From an uncultured Candidatus Saccharibacteria bacterium (lineage in GTDB: Bacteria; Patescibacteriota; Saccharimonadia; Saccharimonadales; UBA7683): a DNA stretch of 64,000 nt. The position numbers and the translations under genes were made by a program. Under the pieces are notes generated by a model. That model saw only the letters and a program-made list of their open reading frames with translations. It was not told the origin of the DNA and did no database searches. The stretch covers positions 14,839 through 78,838 of the forward strand of contig CAYNKQ010000003.1 of NCBI GenBank assembly GCA_964397855.1. The letters are read 5' to 3'. The stretch's first letter is position 1. Each line of letters opens with the position of its first letter. This document shows, in pieces, positions 46,203-54,582 of this stretch.

Positions 46203-47387
46203 ATGAACGAAGATCAGAACCAGCAGAGTGCGCCAAATGTAGAACAACAACCAGTTCCTGTTGGACCTTATCCAGCTCCAGAGTCTCCGCCCGTTCAGCC
46301 TCCGAGTTCGGTTGTGTCACAAGTAAATCCTTTACCCAAGCGTAAGAAGATGAAGTTATTTATTATACTAGTTCTCCTGGCCATAGTTGTGGTGTCTGGC
46401 GGGGCTTTGGCGGCTACTTACGTTTATATGAATAATAAGCCAGAAAAGGTTTTGGCAGATGCACTTTCAAACACCATTAATGACACCCTTGAAGGCAAGC
46501 CTACAACTACGCTTGGTTCGGTTGTTTTTGAATCAAAAGGGGCGCAAGCAGCTAAGGTAACGGTCAAATTTGATTCAAAGATTAGTGGCGAAAATAGCAG
46601 CGCCAGTGCAGATGCCACAGTGGCCTACGAAGGCAAGACCTACAGCCTAAAGACTTCAACAGCAGTGTTTGGTGATAGTGAATACTACTTTAAAATAGAA
46701 AACTTGAAAAAGACGGTTGGTAGTATTGTTACGGCACAGCCAGCAATCGGTACTTATGTTGCTCCAATGGATCCAATAATCACAAAACTTGATAACAACT
46801 GGGTTAAGGTGACAAAAGAAGATCTTAAGCAGTTTAGCGGCACAGGCGAACAAGATTTCGACAAATGTACTGAGGCGGTAAAAAATCTTAAAATAAGCAC
46901 ACCTGACCAAAAACAACTTAAAAAGCTATTCAAAGAGAATCAGTTTATTGTGGCAAGCGAAAATCTTAAGATTGAAGCAATTGAAGGTGAAAAAAGCTTC
47001 CATTACAAACTTGATTTTAATAATGCAGCTGCAGAGAAATTTGCAAAGCAGGTGATTGCTATGGAATCATTCAAAACGATAAAGGCTGACTGTGAAATAA
47101 ACGAGAAGCAGATAGAGGAAGGCTTTAAGCAGGCTAAGGATAGTTCAAAATCAAGCAAAATTAAACCTGTAATAGAACTTTGGGTGGGTAAAGCTTCTCG
47201 TCGTCCAACCAAGCTTCGCGTTAGCGCACACGATAAAGATGTTACACTCGACTTTAATACACAGGTTAAACTTGGAGCTAGTGGTGTCGATATTCAAAAA
47301 CCAAGTAGTTTCATTACGGTAAACGAACTTAAAACAGAATTTGAAAAACTACAACAAACAAACACAACCGTTTTACAAAACTTGTAG
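46203..47387 (+). CDS. Membrane-anchored hypothetical protein
   Basis: 394 aa. Pro-rich N-terminus, a single TM helix, and an extracytoplasmic domain with no recognised motif. Confidence 0.5.
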   Translation: MNEDQNQQSAPNVEQQPVPVGPYPAPESPPVQPPSSVVSQVNPLPKRKKMKLFIILVLLAIVVVSGGALAATYVYMNNKPEKVLADALSNTINDTLEGKPTTTLGSVVFESKGAQAAKVTVKFDSKISGENSSASADATVAYEGKTYSLKTSTAVFGDSEYYFKIENLKKTVGSIVTAQPAIGTYVAPMDPIITKLDNNWVKVTKEDLKQFSGTGEQDFDKCTEAVKNLKISTPDQKQLKKLFKENQFIVASENLKIEAIEGEKSFHYKLDFNNAAAEKFAKQVIAMESFKTIKADCEINEKQIEEGFKQAKDSSKSSKIKPVIELWVGKASRRPTKLRVSAHDKDVTLDFNTQVKLGASGVDIQKPSSFITVNELKTEFEKLQQTNTTVLQNL

Positions 47388-47416
47388 TATAATGTATTAA
47401 AACAAACAAGCGGGAA

Positions 47417-47446
47417 GGGCCGGCATAAAGCTGGTCCTTTTTGTTT
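47417..47446 (+). terminator. Rho-independent terminator
   Basis: GGGCCGGC-ATAAA-GCTGGTCC (two G.U pairs) followed by TTTTTGTTT. Confidence 0.65.
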
Positions 47447-47636
47447 CTGTAACGCACTTTTTAGGAACAGCCTCTGAGAGTAAAATTATCGCAATGACGC
47501 GACTTCACATCTGATGTATACTAATGTCTATGAATATAGTACGTTCGTCAGGTTCGACTCGCTAGGGCATCATCGGTGCTTGTAGCTTTGAGTCCAAAAA
47601 CAGATGAACAAACCTAACTAAGAAAGACCCACATCC

Positions 47637-48881
47637 ATGCTAGACATACAGTTTATTAGAGAAAACCATCAAATCGTAAGAGACGCGGCCGCGGCGAAAA
47701 ATGTCTCTGTCGATATCGACAGGCTTCTTACTCTCGATGAAAAAAGAAGAGAGCTTATGCAAGAAGTAGAAAAACTTCGAAAAGCTCGTAACGAAACTGC
47801 CGCCCAGATGAAGAATGGTGTTCCTGCGCCAGAGTTAATAGCTGAAGGTAAGCGAATTAAAGAAGTTCTCTCAGAACTTGAAGCGCAGCTCGACCCCACA
47901 CTTCTTGAATACAAAGCACTGCTTAACGACGTACCTAATTTATTTTCTGAAGATACGCCGCTTGGTGGCGAAGAGGCTAATAAACCAGTTGCTCACTGGG
48001 GAGATATTCAGAGACGAGACATCAAAGACCATCTAACTTGGCTTGAAGAACGAGATCTTGTTGATTTTGAAAGAGGAGCCAAGGTAGCGGGCAGCAAGTT
48101 CTACTATTCTAAAGGCGATCTTGCTCGTCTTGAGTTGGCTCTTACGCAGTTTGCCCTTCAGAAAGGGGTTGAGCACGGTTTCACACCAATGCTTGTCCCA
48201 AACATGGTGAATGGTGAAGTTATAGGCGGAACTGGCTACGCACCTCGTGGTGAGGAAAAACAAATTTACTCAATTGCTGGTGAAGATCTTCATCTTATTG
48301 CCACTGCTGAGATTCCACTGACTGCCTATCATAAAGATGAAATAATTGATCTTGATACGTTGCCACTCTTGTATGTTGGGTGGAGCCCTTGTTACCGTAT
48401 GGAGGCAGGTGCTTATGGTAAACATAGCAAAGGAATCTTCCGCGTACATCAATTTTACAAGGTAGAAATGTATGTTTTTTGCACCCCAGAGCAAAGCGGA
48501 GAGTGGCATGAAAAGCTCATGCAGATAGAAGAAGAAATCTTACAGGAACTTGGAATCCCATACCAAAAACTTGCCATTGCAGCCGGTGACTTGGGCGCTC
48601 CAGCCTTCAAAAAGTTTGATCTAGAATATTTCAGCCCGATTGACGGCGAATATCGTGAACTCACCAGTTGTTCAAATGTTACAGATTACCAAGCTAGAAG
48701 ACTTAACATTAGATATCGAGATGCTGATGGCAATACGCAGTTTGTACACACTCTTAACGGTACAGCTATGGTTTCAAGTCGTGGGCCGATTGCAATTATA
48801 GAAAATCATCAGCAAGAAGATGGTTCAGTTATAGTCCCAGAAGTGCTTCGGCCGTTTATGGGTGGCAAAGAAAAAATTTAA
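47637..48881 (+). CDS. serS: Seryl-tRNA synthetase
   Basis: 414 aa. N-terminal coiled-coil arm and class II core (FRVHQFYKVE, TLNGTA). Confidence 0.95.
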   Translation: MLDIQFIRENHQIVRDAAAAKNVSVDIDRLLTLDEKRRELMQEVEKLRKARNETAAQMKNGVPAPELIAEGKRIKEVLSELEAQLDPTLLEYKALLNDVPNLFSEDTPLGGEEANKPVAHWGDIQRRDIKDHLTWLEERDLVDFERGAKVAGSKFYYSKGDLARLELALTQFALQKGVEHGFTPMLVPNMVNGEVIGGTGYAPRGEEKQIYSIAGEDLHLIATAEIPLTAYHKDEIIDLDTLPLLYVGWSPCYRMEAGAYGKHSKGIFRVHQFYKVEMYVFCTPEQSGEWHEKLMQIEEEILQELGIPYQKLAIAAGDLGAPAFKKFDLEYFSPIDGEYRELTSCSNVTDYQARRLNIRYRDADGNTQFVHTLNGTAMVSSRGPIAIIENHQQEDGSVIVPEVLRPFMGGKEKI

Positions 48882-48964
48882 ACTTCAGTAGAGTCATCTA
48901 AGAACTAAGATCTACAGTCTAACTTAGGGTATAATAATAAGCACAACATAAACAGGAGGTGTAC

Positions 48965-49333
48965 ATGATCACTCAAATCGATATTACCGGAATCCATTAC
49001 GAAGTCAGCGAAGATCTCAAAAAGTACATCAACAAAAAGGCGAGTCGGTTAGATAGATTCGCGCCGCGCCATGCTCGTAAAATGATGCATATAGATGTAA
49101 AACTTACAGAACTTAAGACCAAGAGTGATAGAAATCAGTGCGAATTTATCGTGCACTTGCCAGATCAACAGCTGACCGCCAAAGAATCAACTATCAATAT
49201 GTTTGCCGCGGTTGATATTGTTGAAACTAAGATTAAGAATCAACTTAAAAAGTACAAAGACCTTCACGGCGGCGACAAGCAAGATCACCGGGGTGTGCTA
49301 CGTCGGCTATTTCGTAACCAACGCAATCAATAG
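48965..49333 (+). CDS. hpf: Ribosome hibernation promoting factor / RaiA family (short form)
   Basis: The ATG at 48965 follows AGGAGG. Sigma-54-modulation/S30AE family pattern (ITGIHYEVSEDLKKYINKK...). Confidence 0.88.
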   Translation: MITQIDITGIHYEVSEDLKKYINKKASRLDRFAPRHARKMMHIDVKLTELKTKSDRNQCEFIVHLPDQQLTAKESTINMFAAVDIVETKIKNQLKKYKDLHGGDKQDHRGVLRRLFRNQRNQ

Positions 49334-49522
49334 TATTACTGGTTCAGGCTAGACATGGGTTCGGACTCTTGATCGGCTATGTAGAAAAAAATTCTGGGCG
49401 CGCGCTGCGAAGAGCGTCAATGTTCACCCTATAAAAGTTAAGCACTGCGTTTCTATGTTTATCGTCAAGTTTGGCAACGTTAGTGCCAAGTTACTGAGGG
49501 AATGTGATGCGCAGTAACGCTA

Positions 49523-49551
49523 TTGACTTATTAAAACAAGTGTCCTATAAT
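49523..49551 (+). promoter_or_regulatory. Near-consensus sigma-70 promoter in the hpf-distal non-coding region
   Basis: TTGACT (49523-49528), 17 nt, then TATAAT (49546-49551). No ORF of 60 aa or more follows for ~260 nt. Confidence 0.45.
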
Positions 49552-49715
49552 ACTCACAGATAGCAAATGTAGATTTGTATCCGCACCTTCCAGTAGAACA
49601 AAGCGTAAGACGAAGTTAGAGCGCCATTAGAGTTACCTTTGAAATTAAGAAACTCGTGCCTTAGCTCCGCTTTATAATTTTTTAAAGGTACAGCATTCAA
49701 CAGTAGTTAGTTGTA

Positions 49716-49744
49716 TTGACATTTTTAATTATTTTTGCTATAAT
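49716..49744 (+). promoter_or_regulatory. Perfect consensus sigma-70 promoter upstream of the GC-rich gene
   Basis: TTGACA (49716-49721), 17 nt, then TATAAT (49739-49744). Confidence 0.55.
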
Positions 49745-49810
49745 ATTAAATTATAGATCAACCCATGTTTATCGTTATGAACAGTTCATGAAGATATTTA
49801 TGGGAGGATC

Positions 49811-51634
49811 TTGTATCCTCCGGCTGAGGAGCCAATCACCTCGGTTGAGACCGTCATCTCTCGTACCTTAAACCACGTTCTCATGAAAGGAACACACGTG
49901 GATACCAAGAAGAAGCTCACAATCCTCGCCATCTGGTGGGGCTGGATGCCATTGATCTACGGCATTGTCTGGGGAGTCAACCACTTCGTTCGCGAAGGGT
50001 CGGCTTCTACCCAGGGGTTTGATCAGTTCATGATGTCGAACTTCGGCACCGGAACTGTAACACTCTGGGCCGGTCTCGCCGTCGGGTTCATCGGCTCTGC
50101 CGTGATTCTGTTCGGTGATTTCGGGATGAAGCGAAGCGGCACCTATGGGAGGCGCAGGCCTGCGTCCAGCCTCACCTCTGCCAAGGGCTTCCGCTACGCG
50201 GGTGCCCTGATGGTCTTGGTCGCGCTCGTCGCGGTCATGCAGACCGTGCGTGCGGAGTGGGACAGCGACAAGGACAACGGCCGGTACTACAACCGTGCCA
50301 CCATCTTCTACGTTCCTGACACCACCGATGTGCCCGACTCGCTGAAACTCCTGATGAAGGGGTCTGAGGCGAGTGACGGCAAGCGCTGTGACCTGACCGG
50401 TGGAGCCGACGTCCCCAGCTGCATCAAGCAGGGGGAGCTGGAAACCACTGGCTGGGAGCCGCGCATCGGATCGCTCGACGGTGCCCGCTACGCAATGACG
50501 CGCAGTTCGGGCGACGTCAGCAAGGTCAGCCTCAACACCGACACCATGGCCTATCTCAACGGGTCTGCCGACCAGAAGCCGCGATGGAGTGGCGTGCTGG
50601 ATGGCAGTGGGAAATCCCAGGGCATTGGTGGTGTCGCGGAGTGGACAGGTACCGGCAAGGCAACGCAGTGCCTCTTCACCGACGAGTACGAGACCGATCG
50701 TGCCTTCGGTGGTGAGCGCGGCAATGACCTGAAGAACCTGCTGGCGGAGAAGTACGCCGGTCTGCGATTCAGCATGACCGACGTGTGGGGGTATTGCGAT
50801 GGGCGTGAGCCGATCGTGGTGGTTCCCATGACCCGTCAGGTGTATTTCAAGAACCGCACCGTCGATACCGCTGGTGGTGTGGTGATCATCCGTGGCCGCA
50901 GTGGCCACACGGTGATGGAGCACAAGGAGACCGTCAAGTCTGGCGACCTGCCCGGCCCGGTGTACCCGGCGTCGTTGGTGGAGCGTCAGCGCGACATGTC
51001 TTCGTGGGCTGCTGGCCGCAAGAGCAAGGACAGGAGTGGCTTCGGCTACGATCCTGCCAGTTCGAAGGTCCAGGCCGGAAACGTCTCGGACTACCTGCTC
51101 CGCAACGCGTCCACCGGACGACTGGAGTGGGTGACCCCGCTGACGCTGAGCAGCAGCTCTTCGGAGCTGTTCGTGGCCTACGCCGTGTCGCCGGCCGATG
51201 AGGTCAGCGACGGACAGCTCAACCAGCTGTCGATCTACGTCCTGGGTGAAGATGACCCGCGACGTATCAACCTCGACAACCTCGAGGCCGACGCCCGCAA
51301 CTACCTCTCGGAGAACGCTGGTGCGTTCCTGAGCAGTGGCGGCAAGCTGGTGGAATTCACGCCCGTCAATGGAGACATTTGGCGGGGGTTCGCTGAAATG
51401 AACGGGCGCGTCGCGTACCGTCTGGACATCAGCGCCAACAACACCGTGAGCCCCAAGCTCGTCAGCCTGACGCAGGAGGCGACTCCGGCAGAAGGCGGCG
51501 CGGAGCCCAACGCTGAGTGCGGCAAGCCCATGAGTCAGTTGACCCCGAGTCAGCTGACCAAGTGCATGGTCGCGCTCTCCCAGGAGCTCGACAGTCGCCA
51601 GGGCAAGGCGGATTCGTCGGAAGACGGCAACTAG
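49811..51634 (+). CDS. GC-rich (foreign-looking) membrane protein with a large extracytoplasmic domain; function unknown
   Basis: 607-codon ORF with a strong G/C bias at third positions, unlike every neighbouring gene. Three N-terminal hydrophobic helices precede a ~450-aa soluble domain with paired Cys. Start uncertain (TTG 49811, ATG 49883 or GTG 49898). Confidence 0.7.
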   Translation: MYPPAEEPITSVETVISRTLNHVLMKGTHVDTKKKLTILAIWWGWMPLIYGIVWGVNHFVREGSASTQGFDQFMMSNFGTGTVTLWAGLAVGFIGSAVILFGDFGMKRSGTYGRRRPASSLTSAKGFRYAGALMVLVALVAVMQTVRAEWDSDKDNGRYYNRATIFYVPDTTDVPDSLKLLMKGSEASDGKRCDLTGGADVPSCIKQGELETTGWEPRIGSLDGARYAMTRSSGDVSKVSLNTDTMAYLNGSADQKPRWSGVLDGSGKSQGIGGVAEWTGTGKATQCLFTDEYETDRAFGGERGNDLKNLLAEKYAGLRFSMTDVWGYCDGREPIVVVPMTRQVYFKNRTVDTAGGVVIIRGRSGHTVMEHKETVKSGDLPGPVYPASLVERQRDMSSWAAGRKSKDRSGFGYDPASSKVQAGNVSDYLLRNASTGRLEWVTPLTLSSSSSELFVAYAVSPADEVSDGQLNQLSIYVLGEDDPRRINLDNLEADARNYLSENAGAFLSSGGKLVEFTPVNGDIWRGFAEMNGRVAYRLDISANNTVSPKLVSLTQEATPAEGGAEPNAECGKPMSQLTPSQLTKCMVALSQELDSRQGKADSSEDGN

Positions 51635-51789
51635 CTTTCACGGCTAGCCTTTCATAGAAACGTGAAACCTCTTGATTGAAGAGGACCTACGGTAGTAGTC
51701 GCGCCTTCGGGTGAACGCTAACGTGTCAATCTGGTTGGAGAACACCATTAATTCTTCACTGTGGGGAGCGCCTTCGGGCGCACCTCACA

Positions 51790-51843
51790 GACGATTCTTA
51801 GAGTAATAGCTAAGCTGATGAGCTGTAAGGCAGCGAAATCGTC
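51790..51843 (+). ncRNA. Hammerhead ribozyme motif, type III topology
   Basis: GACGAU-U / CUUAG-AGUAAUAG-CUAAG / CUGAUGA / GCUG-UAAGG-CAGC / GAA / AUCGUC. All core positions are present (C3-A9, G12-A14, A15.1-U16.1, H17=U) and the three helices have 5, 4 and 6 bp. Confidence 0.7.
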
Positions 51844-51916
51844 TCGAAATTGAGCCCAGGGTACTGTATAGTAGTAGGGTTATTTGCTGAGTCTTAAGAG
51901 AGGGAAGTATTCTTAC

Positions 51917-54511
51917 ATGAAGTTAAAACTAACGACAATTTTTGGTGATCCACAGGCTAAAACTGTGAAGCGATTAAAAAAGCGAGTTATTAAAATTAAC
52001 GAGCTTGAATCTGTGTATGAAAAAATGAGCCTAGAAAAGCTTGCCAAGCAAACAGAAGAATTTAAAAAACAGCTGAAAGAAAAGAATAGTCTTGATGAGA
52101 TTTTGCCTCATGCATTTGCCGTAGTTCGTGAAGCATCTAAGCGAGTACTTGGTATGCGCCACTTTGACGTGCAGCTTATTGGTGGCATGTCATTGCACGA
52201 AGGCAACGTTTCAGAAATGAAAACTGGTGAAGGTAAAACATTAGTTGCAACTGCACCGGTTTATCTCAATGCGCTTACAGGTAAGGGTGTACACGTTGTT
52301 ACCGTAAACGATTACCTAGCTCAGCGTGATGCCGGATGGATGGCAAATGTCTATAATGCACTTGGACTCACCACTGGCGTTATTATTGCAGAACAGTCGT
52401 TCATTTTTGATCCTGAGTTTGTAAATAAAGAGCACGTTGATGAACGAATGCAGCATCTCAAGCCGTGTACCCGTAAAGAAGCCTACGCTGCAGACATTAC
52501 GTATGGTACAAATAACGAATTTGGCTTCGATTATCTTCGCGACAACATGGTTAACACTGAAGAAAACCTCCGTCAGCGTGAACTCCACTATGCGATTGTT
52601 GATGAGGTTGATTCAATTTTGATCGACGAAGCTCGAACGCCGCTCATTATTTCTGCTCCTTCAATGGATAGCGGCACTGGCTACAGTATGTTCGCAGAAG
52701 TTGCCCGCAAGCTTGAGCCAAAAGATTACGAACTTGACGAAAAGCGTCGATCTGTGGCTCTAAACGATCACGGTGTTGAAAAGGTGCAAAAGCTGCTTAA
52801 AATTGAAAACTTGTATGATCCTGAGCACATTAAGCTTATCTACCATATGGATCAGGCGCTTAAGGCCCAGACGTTATTCCGACGTGAAAAAGAATATGTG
52901 ATTTCAAAAGACGGCGAGATTGTGATTGTCGATGAGTTCACTGGCCGTTTGATGCATGGTCGTCGTTATAACGAAGGCCTGCACCAAGCAATTGAAGCAA
53001 AAGAGGGCGTAGAAGTGCAGCAAGAAAGTCAAACGCTCGCAACCATTTCGTTCCAAAATTACTTCCGTCTATACGACAAACTTTCCGGTATGACAGGTAC
53101 TGCTTCAACTGAAGCTGAAGAGTTTAATCAAATCTATGGTATTGATGTAATTGAAATTCCGGCCAATCGTCCGGTTGCTCGTGAAGACCGAACCGATAGA
53201 ATCTTTAAAAATGAAGCCGGTAAATTTAAAGCGTTGATTAGTGAGGTTAAAGCACTTCACAAAAAAGGCCAACCAGTACTTATTGGTACTGTTTCGATTG
53301 AAAAGAACGAACTACTTTCTAGCCTGCTCACCGAAGCAAAAGTGGCTCACCAGGTGCTAAATGCTAAGAACAACGAAGGTGAAGCTGCGATTGTAGCTAA
53401 AGCTGGACAAAAGGGTGCCGTAACGCTTGCAACTAACATTGCTGGTCGTGGTACTGACATTGTACTTGGCGAAGGTGTTAAAGAACTTGGTGGTCTTGTG
53501 GTAATCGGTTCAGAACGACACGAATCACGCCGAATCGACAATCAGCTCCGTGGTCGTTGTGGACGTCAGGGCGATCCCGGTATGACACAGTTCTACGTGA
53601 GTTGTGAAGATGACCTGATGCGTATATTTGGTGGTGAGCGAGTCGCTGCGCTCATGGATAAGCTTGGAATTGAAGAAGATCAAGCAATTGAGAACCGCGC
53701 CGTCTCGCGAACACTCGAAAATGCTCAGAAGAAGGTAGAAGGCTACAATTACGATAGTCGTAAAAATGTTGTTCAGTACGACGATGTAATGAACCGCCAT
53801 CGTAAGGCTGTATATACAATTCGTCGTCGCGCACTTATGGCCGAAGATATCAGCAAGCAGATCAAACAAATGGTAGAACAAGAAGCCGCAAGCTGGGCAG
53901 TTGTTGCACCGCTCGACAAAAAAGAATTTTATCGTGAACTTCAGACAGTGTTTCCATTTAGCGAAAAGCAGTTGAAAGATCTCAAAACAACTGAAGATGA
54001 CAAAGAACGGCTCAAGCGATTCAAAGAACACGCCTACGAAGTATATGTAGACCGCGAAGAAGCTCTTGGAACTGACCTGATGCGTCAGGTTGAACGTGAG
54101 GCTATCATGCAAGTGCTTGATCAGCTCTGGATGGAGCATCTTGAGAACATGGAACATCTTCGAAACGGTATTGGTTGGCGTTCCATTGGGCAGAAGGATC
54201 CACTTGTTGAGTACCGTCGTGAAGGTCAGGCTCTATTTGAGCAGATGCAAGCTACACTCCGTTCAGAAGTTGTAAAGGGGCTCAATCACCTGCAGCCACA
54301 CCACATTCAGCATGCGGTTGAAACTGAACTTACCAAGATGGCTCGTCAGTCTACAGATAATGCAAACCAGATTACTACAGGTGTTGCAACTACCGCTGAA
54401 GACTTTGAGGGTACCGTAGTAAAACGAGTCAAAGTACCATCCGCAAAAGCGAAAGATGCCGAACGTAAAAAGAAGAAGGCGCAGCGCCAAAATCGTAAGA
54501 AAAAGCGCTAA
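51917..54511 (+). CDS. secA: Preprotein translocase ATPase SecA
   Basis: DEAD-like motor motifs (MKTGEGKT, VDEVDSILIDEARTPLIIS, TNIAGRGTDI) and a basic C-terminal tail. The ATG at 51917 is preferred over the track start at 51884. Confidence 0.95.
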   Translation: MKLKLTTIFGDPQAKTVKRLKKRVIKINELESVYEKMSLEKLAKQTEEFKKQLKEKNSLDEILPHAFAVVREASKRVLGMRHFDVQLIGGMSLHEGNVSEMKTGEGKTLVATAPVYLNALTGKGVHVVTVNDYLAQRDAGWMANVYNALGLTTGVIIAEQSFIFDPEFVNKEHVDERMQHLKPCTRKEAYAADITYGTNNEFGFDYLRDNMVNTEENLRQRELHYAIVDEVDSILIDEARTPLIISAPSMDSGTGYSMFAEVARKLEPKDYELDEKRRSVALNDHGVEKVQKLLKIENLYDPEHIKLIYHMDQALKAQTLFRREKEYVISKDGEIVIVDEFTGRLMHGRRYNEGLHQAIEAKEGVEVQQESQTLATISFQNYFRLYDKLSGMTGTASTEAEEFNQIYGIDVIEIPANRPVAREDRTDRIFKNEAGKFKALISEVKALHKKGQPVLIGTVSIEKNELLSSLLTEAKVAHQVLNAKNNEGEAAIVAKAGQKGAVTLATNIAGRGTDIVLGEGVKELGGLVVIGSERHESRRIDNQLRGRCGRQGDPGMTQFYVSCEDDLMRIFGGERVAALMDKLGIEEDQAIENRAVSRTLENAQKKVEGYNYDSRKNVVQYDDVMNRHRKAVYTIRRRALMAEDISKQIKQMVEQEAASWAVVAPLDKKEFYRELQTVFPFSEKQLKDLKTTEDDKERLKRFKEHAYEVYVDREEALGTDLMRQVEREAIMQVLDQLWMEHLENMEHLRNGIGWRSIGQKDPLVEYRREGQALFEQMQATLRSEVVKGLNHLQPHHIQHAVETELTKMARQSTDNANQITTGVATTAEDFEGTVVKRVKVPSAKAKDAERKKKKAQRQNRKKKR

Positions 54512-54535
54512 GTTCACCTGATCCACTCGGTCAAA

Positions 54536-54563
54536 GGCACTTATCCCTTGACTACAAGTAATA
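54536..54563 (+). repeat. Left terminal inverted repeat
   Basis: GGCACTTATCCCTTGACTACAAGTAATA. Its exact reverse complement is at 60071-60098. Confidence 0.88.
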
Positions 54564-54582
54564 GTTCCTTCACAATAGATGT

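Noticed and set aside
47545-47565. tRNA-like GGTTCGACTC T-loop motif upstream of serS
   Set aside because: The flanking bases cannot form a T-stem or an acceptor stem, and no cloverleaf can be drawn.
49868-50923. 351-aa minus-strand ORF (plus 50551..50829 and others) antisense to the GC-rich gene
   Set aside because: These are typical shadow ORFs of high-GC DNA. The sequence is low-complexity and Arg/Gly/His-rich with no motifs. The plus-strand frame carries the third-position GC bias and credible TM helices.
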